From the NCBI RefSeq assembly GCF_963921235.1, contig NC_086097.1, positions 101,372,001 to 101,436,000 on the forward strand: a stretch of 64,000 nt of DNA, written 5' to 3'. The notes beneath the pieces were generated by a model. It ran no database searches and was not told the DNA's origin. It saw only the letters and a program-made list of their open reading frames with translations. This document shows positions 30,001 to 40,463 of the stretch, one piece after another. The DNA is from Mobula hypostoma (taxonomy: Eukaryota). The position numbers were made by a program, and so were the translations under genes. Every line of letters begins with the position of its first letter. Position 1 is the first letter of the stretch.

Positions 30001-33000
30001 GGAATCAGTTCCCTCCTCGAGATCAGTGCTGGGACATCACCCCAGAATCCAGCTCCTGTCACATGGTCAATGCTGGGACATCACCCCAGAATCCAGCTCC
30101 TGTCTCATGGTCAGTGCTGGGACATCACCCCAGAATCCAGCTCCTGTCTCATGGTCAATGTTAGGGACATCACCCCAGAATCAGCACCTGCCTCATGGTC
30201 AGTGATAGGCACATCACCCCAGAATCCAGCTCCTGTCTCATGGTCTGTGTTAGGACATCACCCCGAAATCCAGCTCCTGTCTCATCGTCAGTGCTGGGTC
30301 ATCACCCCAGAATCCAGCTCCTGCCTCATGGTCAGTGATAGGGACATCACCCCAGAATCCTGCTCCTGTCTCATGGTCAGTGTTGGGATATCACCCCAGA
30401 ATCCAGCTCCTGCCTCATGGTCAGTGCTGGGACATCACCCGAGAATCCAGCTCCTGTCTCATGGTCAGTGTTAGGACATGACCCCAGAAACCAGTTCCTG
30501 CCTCATGGTCAGTGATAGGGACATCACCCCAGAATCCAGCTCCTGCCTCATGGTCAGTGATAGGGACATCACCCCAGAATCCAGCTCCTGTCTCATGGTC
30601 GGTGCTGCGACATCGCCCCAGAATCCAGCTCCTGCCTCGTGGTCAGTGATAGGGACATCACCCCAGAATCCAGCTCCTGCCTCGTGATTGGTGCTGCAAC
30701 ATCACCCCAGAATCCAGCTCCTGCCTCATGGACGGTAATAGTGACATTACCCCAGAATCCAGCTCCTGCCTCGTAGTCAGTGCTAGGATATCACCCCAGA
30801 ATCCAGCTCCTGTCTCATGGTCAGTGTTGGGGACATCACCCCAGAATCCAGCTCCTGCCTCATGGTCAGTGCTGGGATATCACCCCAGAATCCAGCTCCT
30901 GTCTCATGCTCAGTGGTGGGACATCACCCCAGAATCCAGCTCCTGTCTCGTGGTCAGTGCTGGGACATCACCCCAGAATCCAGCTCCTGCCTCATGGTCA
31001 GTGCTGGGACATCACCCCAGAATCCAGCTCCTACCTCGTGATCAGTGCTGGGACATCACCCCAGATTCCAGCTCCTGCCTCGTGGTCAGTGCTGGGACAT
31101 CACCCCAGAATCCAGCTCCTGCCTCGTGGTCAGTGATATGGACATCACCCCAAAATCCAGCTCCTGCCTCGTGGTCAGTGTTGGGACATCACCCCAGAAT
31201 CCAGCTCCTGCCTCGTGGTCTGTGCTGGGACATCACCCCGGATTCCAGCTCCTGCCTCATGGTCAGTGTTGGGACATCACCCCAGCATCCAGCTCCTGCC
31301 TTGTGGTCAGTGCTGGGACATCACCCCAGAATCCAGCTCCTGTCTCGTGGTCAGTGCTGGGACATCACCCCAGAATCCAGCTCCTGCCTCGTGGTCAGTG
31401 CTGCGACATCACCCCAGAATCCAGCTCCTGCCTCATGGTCAGCGTTGAGACATCACCCCAGAATCCAGCTCCTGCCTCATGGTCAGTGCTGGGACATCAT
31501 CCCAGAATCCAGCTCCTGTCTCGAGGTCAATGGTGGGACATCACCCCAGAATCCAGCTCCTGTCTCGAGGTCAGTGGTGGGACATCACCCCACACTCCAG
31601 CTCCTGCCTCGTGGTCAGTGCTGGGACATCACCCTAGAATCCAGCTCCTACCTCATGGTCAGTGCTGGGACATCACCCCAGATTCCAGCTCCTGCCTCGT
31701 GGTCAGTGTTGGGACATCACCCCAGAATCCAGCTCCTGTCTCATGCTCAGTGTTGGGATATCACCCCAGAATCCAGCTCCTGCCTCATGGTCAGTGCTGG
31801 GACATCACCCGAGAATCCAGCTCCTGTCTCATGGTCAGTGTTGGGACATCACCCCAGAATCCAGCTCCTGTCTCGAGGTCAGTGGTGGGACATCACCCCA
31901 CACTCCAGCTCCTGCCTCGTGGTCAGTGCTGGGACATCACCCTAGAATCCAGCTCCTACCTCATGGTCAGTGCTGGGACATCACCCCAGATTCCAGCTCC
32001 TGCCTCGTGGTCAGTGTTGGGACATCACCCCAGAATCCTGCTCCTGTCTCATGCTCAGTGTTCAGACATCACCCCCAAATCCAGCTCCTGTCTCATGATC
32101 AGTGTTGAGACAACACCCCGAAATCCAGCTCCTGTCTCATGGTCAGTGCTGGGACAATACCCCAGAATCCAGCTCCTGTCTCATGGTTACTGCTGGGACA
32201 TCACTCCGGAATCAGTTCCAGCCTCGAGATCAGTGCTGGGACCTCACGCCAGAATCCAGCTCCTGTCTCATACTCAGTGCTGGGACATCAACCCAGAATC
32301 AAGCTCCTGCCTCATGGTCAGTGCTCGGACATCACCCCAGAATCCAGCTCCTGTCTCATGGTCTGGTGCTGGGACATCACCCCAGCATCCAGCTCCTGCC
32401 TCGTAGCCAGTGCTGGGACATCACCCTAGAATCCAGCTCCTGCCTCATGGTCAGTGCTGGAACATCACCCCAGAATCCAGCTCCTGCCTCATATTCAGTG
32501 CTAGGACATCACCCCAGAATCCAGCTCCTGTCTCATGGTCGGTGCTGGGACATCACCCCAGAATCCAGCTCCTGTCTCATGGTCAGTGTTGAGACATCAC
32601 CCCAAAATCCCGCTCCTGTCTCACGGTCAGTGCTGGGACATCACCCCAGAATTCAGCTCCTGTCTCAAGGTTAGTGCTAGGACATCACCCCGGAATCAGT
32701 TCCCTCCTCGAGATCAGTGCTGGGACATCACCCCAGAATCCAGCTCCTGTCACATGGTCAATGCTGGGACATCACCCCAGAATCCAGCTCCTGTCTCATG
32801 GTCAGTGCTGGGACATCACCCCAGAATCCAGCTCCTGTCTCATGGTCAATGTTAGGGACATCACCCCAGAATCAGCACCTGCCTCATGGTCAGTGATAGG
32901 CACATCACCCCAGAATCCAGCTCCTGTCTCATGGTCTGTGTTAGGACATCACCCCGAAATCCAGCTCCTGTCTCATCGTCAGTGCTGGGTCATCACCCCA

Positions 33001-35947
33001 GAATCCAGCTCCTGCCTCATGGTCAGTGATAGGGACATCACCCCAGAATCCTGCTCCTGTCTCATGGTCAGTGTTGGGATATCACCCCAGAATCCAGCTC
33101 CTGCCTCATGGTCAGTGCTGGGACATCACCCGAGAATCCAGCTCCTGTCTCATGGTCAGTGTTAGGACATGACCCCAGAAACCAGTTCCTGCCTCATGGT
33201 CAGTGATAGGGACATCACCCCAGAATCCAGCTCCTGCCTCATGGTCAGTGATAGGGACATCACCCCAGAATCCAGCTCCTGTCTCATGGTCGGTGCTGCG
33301 ACATCACCCCAGAATCCAGCTCCTGCCTCGTGGTCAGTGATAGGGACATCACCCCAGAATCCAGCTCCTGCCTCGTGATTGGTGCTGCAACATCACCCCA
33401 GAATCCAGCTCCTGCCTCATGGACGGTAATAGTGACATTACCCCAGAATCCAGCTCCTGCCTCGTAGTCAGTGCTAGGATATCACCCCAGAATCCAGCTC
33501 CTGTCTCATGGTCAGTGTTGGGGACATCACCCCAGAATCCAGCTCCTGCCTCATGGTCAGTGCTGGGATATCACCCCAGAATCCAGCTCCTGTCTCATGG
33601 TCAGTGGTGGGACATCACCCCAGAATCCAGCTCCTGTCTCGTGGTCAGTGCTGGGACATCACCCCAGAATCCAGCTCCTGCCTCATGGTCAGTGCTGGGA
33701 CATCACCCCAGAATCCAGCTCCTACCTCGTGATCAGTGCTGGGACATCACCCCAGATTCCAGCTCCTGCCTCGTGGTCAGTGCTGGGACATCACCCCAGA
33801 ATCCAGCTCCTGCCTCGTGGTCAGTGATATGGACATCACCCCAAAATCCAGCTCCTGCCTCGTGGTCAGTGTTGGGACATCACCCCAGAATCCAGCTCCT
33901 GCCTCGTGGTCTGTGCTGGGACATCACCCCGGATTCCAGCTCCTGCCTCATGGTCAGTGTTGGGACATCACCCCAGCATCCAGCTCCTGCCTTGTGGTCA
34001 GTGCTGGGACATCATCCCAGAATCCAGCTCCTGTCTCGAGGTCAATGGTGGGACATCACCCCAGAATCCAGCTCCTGTCTCGAGGTCAGTGGTGGGACAT
34101 CACCCCACACTCCAGCTCCTGCCTCGTGGTCAGTGCTGGGACATCACCCTAGAATCCAGCTCCTACCTCATGGTCAGTGCTGGGACATCACCCCAGATTC
34201 CAGCTCCTGCCTCGTGGTCAGTGCTGTGACATCAACCCAGAATCCAGCTCCTGCCTCATGGTCAGTGGTGGGATATCACCCCAGAATCCAGCTCCTGCCT
34301 CGTAGTCAGTGATAGGGACATCACCCCAGAATCCAGCTCCTGCCTCATGGTCAGTGCTGGGACATCACCCCAGAATCCAGCTCCTGCCTCATGGTCAGTG
34401 CTGGGACATCACCCCAGAATCCAGCTCCTGTCTCATGGTCAGTTATAGGGACATCACCTCAGAATCCAGCTCCTGCCTCGTGATCAGTGCTAGGGACATC
34501 ACCCCAGAATCCAGCTCCTGCCTCATGGTCAGTGCTGCGACATCACCCCAGAATCCAGCTCCTGCCTCATGGTCAGTGTTGAGACATCACCCCAGAATCC
34601 AGCTCCTGCCTCATGGTCAGTGCTGGGACATCACCCCAGAATCCAGCTCCTGTCTCGAGGTCAGTGGTGGGACATCACCCCGGAATGCAGCTCCTGCCTC
34701 GTGGTCAGTGCTGGGACATCACCCCAGAATCCAGCTCCTGCCTCGTGGTCAGTGCTGGGACATCACCCCAGAATCCATCTCCTGCCTCATGGTCAGTGCT
34801 TGGACATCACCCCAGAATCCAGCTCCTGCCTCATGGTCAGTACTGGGACATCAGCCCAGAATCCAGCTCCTGTCTCGAGGTCAGTGGTGGGACATCACCC
34901 CAGAATCCAGCTCCTGTCTCATGGTCAGTGATAGGGACATCACCACAGAATCCAGCTCCTGCCTCGTAGTCAGTGCTGCGACATCACCCCAGAATCCAGC
35001 TCCTGCCTCATGGTCAGCGTTGAGACATCACCCCAGAATCCAGCTCCTGCCTCATGGTCAGTGCTGGGACATCACCCCAGAATCCAGCTCCTGTCTCGAG
35101 GTCAGTGGTGGGACATCACGCCAGAATCCAGCTCCTGTCTCGAGGTCAGTGGTGGGACATCACCCCAGACTCCAGCTCCTGCCTCGTGGTCAGTGCTGGG
35201 ACATCACCCTAGAATCCAGCTCCTACCTCATGGTAAGTGCTGGGACATCACCCCAGATTCCAGCTCCTGCCTCGTGGTCAGTGCTGTGACATCAACCCAG
35301 AATCCAGCTCCTGCCTCATGGTCAGTGGTGGGATATCACCCCAGAATCCAGCTCCTGCCTCGTGGTCAGTGCTGGGACATCACCCCAGAATCCAGCTCCT
35401 GCCTCGTGGTCAGTGATAGGGACATCACCCCAGAATCCAGCTCCTGCCTCGTGGTCAGTGATAGGGACATCACCCCGGAATCCAGCTCCTGCCTCGTGGT
35501 CAGTGTTGGGACATCACCCCAGAATCCAGCTCCTGCCTCGTGGTCAGTGCTGGGACATCACCCCAGAATCCAGCTCCTGCCTCGTGGTCAGTGCTGGGAC
35601 ATCACCCCAGAATCCAGCTCCTGCCTCATGGTCAGTGCTGGGACATCACCCCAGAATCCAGCTCCTGCCTCATGGTCAGTGCTGGGACATCACCCCACAA
35701 TCCAGCTCCTGTCTCGAGGTCAGTGGTGGGACATCACCCCAGAATCTAGCTCCTGTCTCGTGGTCAGTGCTGGGACATCACCCCAGAATCCAGCTCCTGC
35801 CTCGTGGTCAGTGCTGGGACATCACCCCAGAATCCAGCTCCTGTCTCGAGGTCAGTGATAGGGACATCACCCCAGAATCCAGCTCCTGCCTCGAGGTCAC
35901 TGCTGGGACATCACCCCAGAATCCAGCTCCTGTCTCGTGGTCAGTGC
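1..35947. repeat. 44-bp tandem satellite/giant minisatellite, about 800 units, truncated by the window start
   Basis: Consensus GTGCTGGGACATCACCCCAGAATCCAGCTCCTG(C/T)CTC(A/G)TGGTCA repeats head-to-tail with no visible interruption. There is a common 45-bp variant (GTGATAGGGAC...) and some 43-bp variants. The array ends abruptly at ...TGGTCAGTGC|CGAACCGG. Confidence 0.99.
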
Positions 35948-36529
35948 CGAACCGGCTTTGCTAAAGCTGAGCCATTTCTTTAAAACCCGACTCACAGTCG
36001 ATGCTGGGGACAACCAGCTTTGCTGACCACAACCTGTCTCCTGGCTCACCGTCAGTGCTGGAGGTAACCGTCCCTGCTGCCAGTGCCAGGAGTGGTGGTG
36101 AAGATAGACACGACAGGTGTTTTAGATGTGTGCATGAACATGCTGAGGGTGGAGAGTATGAATAGCGTGCAGCTGAAGTGATTTTTGTAGTTAGGCACCA
36201 TGACTTTATCCAGTTACATACAACGTTATGGCCTGAAGGGGCTGCTCTGTGCAGGACTGTCCAACGTTCTCGTGCCACTCTCTACTCCCTGTGCCCGGGT
36301 GCCACTTCAGATTTCCTAGTCCCTTTGTCCTGCTGTAACCCCACAACCTGGAATGACTCTTTCCTTAGTGTTCATGCACGGCAGTGTTACGTCCCACTGC
36401 CGCACATGAGGCTACTAAAGACAGGAGCCCATGCTATTACAGGAAAGTAACTAGCATAGACCGAAAATGAGCTGACGGATGGGAGACAGACTGGTGGCAT
36501 TCCGTAGGGGTTGATTTTTTTCCACATTA

Positions 36530-36828
36530 GTTAATTTATTGATGTATTTTTACTTGGTGATAGAGCGTGGAATAGGTCCTTCAAGCCTCGTCACCCCAGC
36601 AACTCCTGACAATCTCAATTTAACCCTAACCTAATCACAGGACAATTTACAATGACCAATCAACCCTAACCTACCCAACAGGTCTTTAGACTGTGGGAGG
36701 AAAGCAGAGCACCCGGAGAAAACCCAGGCATTCCATAGGGAGGATGTACAGAGACTCCTTACAGATGACACCGGAATTGAACTCCAAATTCCGATACCCT
36801 GAACTGTAATAGTGTTGCATTAACCGCT
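36530..36828 (-). mobile_element. V-SINE (HE1-like tRNA-derived SINE)
   Basis: Minus strand reads GGGTTTTCTCCGGGTGCTCTGCTTTCCTCCCACAGTCTAAAG, the conserved V-domain, preceded by a B-box-like GAGTTCAATTCC near 36772-36783. Confidence 0.85.
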
Positions 36829-36829
36829 C

Positions 36830-36945
36830 CATAGAAACATAGAAAACCTATATCACAATACAGGCCCTTCGGCCCACAAAGCTGTGCCGAACATGTCCCT
36901 ACCTTAGAAAATACCTTGGGTTACCCATAGCTCTCTAATTTTCTG
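36830..36945 (-). mobile_element. 5'-truncated CR1 3' tail
   Basis: CATAGAAACATAGAAAACC...GGCCCTTCGGCCCACAAAG is nearly the reverse complement of the CR1 3' end seen at 61180-61296. Confidence 0.8.
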
Positions 36946-36965
36946 GGTGCTCCCTGTGAAGTTTT

Positions 36966-37030
36966 AGGAGTGCACCCGGATTTGAACTATTGATCTGCAG
37001 AGAAGCACTCTACCTCTGAGCCATATCCCC
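36966..37030 (-). pseudogene. tRNA-Cys(GCA) pseudogene with a deletion in the variable loop/T-stem
   Basis: Minus strand reads GGGGATATGGCTCAGAGGTAGAGTGCTTCTCTGCAGATCAATAGTTCAAATCCGGGTGCACTCCT. This aligns by eye with vertebrate tRNA-Cys (A box GCTCAGNGGTAGAG, anticodon loop CTGCAGA, B box GTTCAAATCC). About 8 nt are missing and the anticodon stem is broken. Confidence 0.8.
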
Positions 37031-37739
37031 ACATTAAAATAGAAATTATGCGTCAATGATCAGGATGAGGGAATGCTGGCTTTGTGGCGATTTTGTGGAT
37101 GATACAAAGATAGGTGGAAGGGCCAGTAGCGTTCAGGAAATAAGAAGTCTGCAGGAGGGCTTGGACAGATCAGGAGAATGGGCAAAGAAGTGGCAGGTAC
37201 AATACAGAGTAGGGAGATGTACGGTCATGTTCTTTGGTCGAAGGAGTAAAGGTGTTGACTATTTTCCTAACGGGGAGCAAGTTCAGATATCAGAGGTGCA
37301 CAGGGACTTGGAAATGCTTGCGCAGGATTCCCTGAAGGCTGAGTCAGTAGTAAAGGAAGGCAAATGCAATGTTAGTATTCACTTCAAGAAAACTAGAATA
37401 TAAAAACAAGGATGTAATGTTGAGGCTTTATAGGTCATTGGTCGGACCATATTTGGAGTATTGTGAGCAGATTCGGGCCCCTTATCTGTTGGAGAGGGTC
37501 CAGACAAGATTCAGAAGAACTATCCCGCAGATGAGGAGTGTTTCATGGGCCAGGCCTGTGCTCGCTGGAGTTTAGAGGAATATGAAACATTGAAAGGTCT
37601 AGGTAGAGTGGATGTTTCCTATAGTGTGGTGGGGGGAGGGGAACCAGGACCAAACTCCCATGTGCTCCCTCTATTCCCTGTTGTATCTCCGTGCTTCCTG
37701 CTGCTACTCCTTACTGCCGGAACGATTCTGTTTCTTGTC

Positions 37740-38675
37740 ACGGTGCCCCACAAGGCTGAGTCCTCAGCCCCACATTTTACTTCCTATACACTCACGACTG
37801 TGTGGCCAAATTCTGCTCTAAGTCCATCTACAAAGTTTGCAGATGACAGCTCCCTAGAGGGCTACATCCCAAACAACAATGAGCTGGAGTCCAGGAAGGA
37901 GAAAGAGAGCTGAGTGACGTGGTGTCATTTCAACAACCTGTCCTTCAATGACAGCAAAGCAAAAGAGCTGGTCATTGACTTCAGGAAAGAGGGCAGAGTA
38001 TCCTGTCTGAATCAATGATGCAGAGATGGAGACGGTTGAGAGCATCAGTTTCTCAGATATAAATATCAACAACAATTCATCCAGTTCAGCCAAGTAGACA
38101 CTGTGGCAAAGAAAGCACATAGGCAACTCTACTTCCTCAGAAATTAAGCATTTTCCCAAAGACCCTCACCAGCTACTACAGATACACCATAGAAAGCATC
38201 TTATCTGGCTTGGTATGACAACCGCTCTGCCCAAGGGCCTAAGAAACTGCCATGAGCTGTGCCATCTTGGCCATGCACTCTTTATCGCTTCTGCCATCAG
38301 GAAAGAGGTTCAGAAGCCTCGGTTCCCACGCCATGAGGTTCAGGAATAGTTATTACTCTTCAACCATCAGGCTCCTGAATCAGTGTGGATTACTTCATTC
38401 ACCACTACTCTGAATAGATTCCATAATCCATGGAGTCACCTTCAAGGGCTCTACAACTCATGTGCTCAGTTTGTATCTATCTATTTATTATCTTTATCAT
38501 TATTATTTCTGTATTTGTACAGATTGTTTCCTTTAGCACATTGGTTGCTTGTCCATCTTGTTCGTGTGTAGTTTTTCATTGATTTTGTTGTATTTCTTTG
38601 TTTCTTTGTTTCTTTATATATGCTGATATGTATGGCATGTTCTTTGATATTAAATTTATTTTGAACTTTGAACAT
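37740..38675 (+). mobile_element. Decayed Rex1/Babar-clade LINE, RT C-terminal part plus 3' UTR
   Basis: Across frameshifts it reads GAPQG.VLSP, LYTHDCVAKF, KFADD, WCHFNNLSFN.SKAKELVIDFR and RFRNSYY. It ends in ATTAAATTTATTTTGAACTTTGAAC. Confidence 0.85.
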
Positions 38676-38915
38676 TGCCAGACCTGCCTTCCTTCCATTG
38701 ACTCTAATTTCATTTCTCCCACCTCAGAAGAGCACCTTCAAGGACCCTCCAACAAGAGAAACTGCACTGGACCTGGTTTTCGGTAATGAGCCTGGCCAGA
38801 TGACTGACTTTTCAGTGGATGAACAGTTCGGGAACAATGATCAAAACTCCCCAAGTTTTAAGCTATCTATAGATACGGATAGGTATGGACCCTGCAGGAG
38901 AGTATTAAATTATAT

Positions 38916-39104
38916 CTGGTGCAGTGGCATCCGCATCAGACTTTGAGGCAAGTGGTCGCGGGTTCGAATCCAGTGGTTTCTTGCACATTTTCCATCTGTG
39001 CTGGGTTGAGAGTTGAGCTGGCAACTCGGCCTCATAAAAAAAACAAAATGCTAAAGAAATGACAAGGTTGCCACTCGACGTGCCTAAGAAGGCGTGAAGA
39101 GGAT
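38916..39104 (+). mobile_element. tRNA-derived SINE nested in CR1
   Basis: A box TGGTGCAGTGG (38917) and B box GGTTCGAATCC (38961), followed by a non-tRNA body. Flanked by TTATAT at 38910-38915 and 39105-39110 (candidate target-site duplication). The CR1 reading continues on both sides. Confidence 0.75.
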
Positions 39105-39605
39105 TTATATATAAATAGGGCAAATTATGACAGCATTAGGCAGGAACTAGGAGTTAACTGGGAACTGCTATTTTTGGGCAAGTTTACATCTGGTATGTGG
39201 AGGGTGTTTAAAGACCAACTGCACAGAGTACAGGACAGGTATTTTCTAATAAGCATGGACAAGGATGGCAAGGTAAGAGAACCTTGGATGTCGAGGGAGG
39301 TGATAAATTTAGTCAAGAAGAAGTACGTAAAGCTTGGGAAGATAGTATCAAACAGAGCCCGCGAAGATTTTAAAGAGGCCAGAAAGAACTCAAGAAGGGA
39401 ATTGGGGAAGTCAGGAGAGGCCATGAAAAGTTCTTGGCAAGTAGGGTTGAAGAGAATTCCATACAACATCAAGAGCAAAAGGTCAACCAGGGAATGGGTA
39501 GGACCACTCAAGGATAAAGGAGGGAAGATTTGCTTGTATGCAGAGGATGTGGGTGAGGTACTTAATGGTTACTTCACATCAGTATTTACCGAGCAGAAGG
39601 ACATG

Positions 39606-40463
39606 CTTCAGAAACGAGCACAACAAAGTGGGAGGCAGAGGAGTGGCTACAGGATGCTTCAAGTCGGTGGATTGGGCAGTGTTCAAAGACTCATCTGTGA
39701 ATCTGGATGAATACACCATGGCTGTCATGGAGTCTATTAAAACAGTTCATTCAGAGTCTTCCCCAACCGGAAGCCTTGGATGAACCATGAGATCTGCAGT
39801 CTGCTGAGGACCAGATCAGAGGCATTCATGTCTGGCGACCATGAATGTTACAACAAGTCCAGGTTCAATTTCTGGAAAGCCATCTCACGGGTGGAGTGAC
39901 AATTCCAGACTAAACTCGAATCAATGAAGGATGCTCAAGAGTTGTGGCAGGGCTTGAATTCTGTCACCTCTTATTAAGTTAAATCAAGTAACATAGGCGA
40001 CAACAGGGCTTCACTTCTAGATGAGCTCAATGTCTTCGGTGCTTGTTTTGACCAACAAAACATGGAAGAACCTTCATGAGCTCCCACAGCCTCCGATAAT
40101 CCAGCAACTTCAGTCTTTGAGGCCAGTATGTGAGCCACACACCAGGTTCAGGAACAGTTACTACCCCGCAACCATCAGGCTCTTGAACCAGAGGGGATAA
40201 TGTTCCTGCAACCTACGGACTCACTTTCAAGGACTCTCCATTTCATCTTCTCGATATTTATTGCCTATTTATTATTATTATTTCTTTATTTTGGTATTTG
40301 CACAGTTTGTTGGATGCTCAAGTTGGTGCAGTCTTTCATTGATTCATTATAGTTATTATTCTAATATGGATTTACTGAGTATGCTCATAAGAAAATGAAT
40401 CTCAGGGTTGTATATGGTGACGTGTATGTACTTTAGTAACAAATTGACTTTGATCTTTGAACT
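39606..40463 (+). mobile_element. Internally deleted Rex1/Babar LINE nested in CR1
   Basis: CFKSVDWAVFKDSSVNLDEY and FPNRKPWMN (pre-RT region) are joined near 40135 to RFRNSYYP and a 3' UTR ending TCAGGGTTGTATATGG...TTTGATCTTTGAACTT. Confidence 0.8.

Larger units (their letters stand above)
36455..37620 (+). mobile_element. Decayed CR1-clade LINE ORF2 fragment (RT C-terminal half), interrupted at about 36530-37045
   Basis: ORF track gives DFVDDTKIGG, LQEGLDRSGEWAKKWQ and LEYKNKDVMLRLYRSLVGPYLEYC, typical of CR1 ORF2. The short piece at 36455-36529 (GGCATTCCGTAGGGG, GVPQG-like) appears to continue at 37047. Confidence 0.8.

Noticed and set aside
1..35947. CRISPR-like array
   Set aside because: Units are contiguous with no unique spacers, there are no cas genes, and the context is vertebrate.
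1..35947. C2H2 zinc-finger (PRDM9-type) coding minisatellite, or 5S rRNA-derived repeat
   Set aside because: The period is not 84 bp, there is no C-x2-C...H-x3-H spacing and no TGEKP linker. The resemblance to 5S (TGGTCAGTGCTGGGA vs TGGTTAGTACTTGGA) is only 15 nt with no box A/C context.
1..35964. Many overlapping + strand ORFs (up to 453 aa) suggesting a repetitive or mucin-like protein
   Set aside because: The 44-bp consensus has no stop in any + frame and 44 is not a multiple of 3. All frames give the same 44-aa cycle, and frequent 43/45-bp units shift frame freely, so there is no sign of coding constraint.
35961..36450. ORFs of 105 and 90 aa flanking the array
   Set aside because: No recognisable domain and no supported splice structure; lengths are compatible with chance.
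36620..36675. Telomere-like TAACCC words
   Set aside because: Only isolated copies, and they are part of the V-SINE body (mirrored at 58102-58118).
38916..38975. Functional tRNA gene
   Set aside because: A and B boxes are present, but there is no acceptor stem or complete cloverleaf, and it continues into a SINE body.
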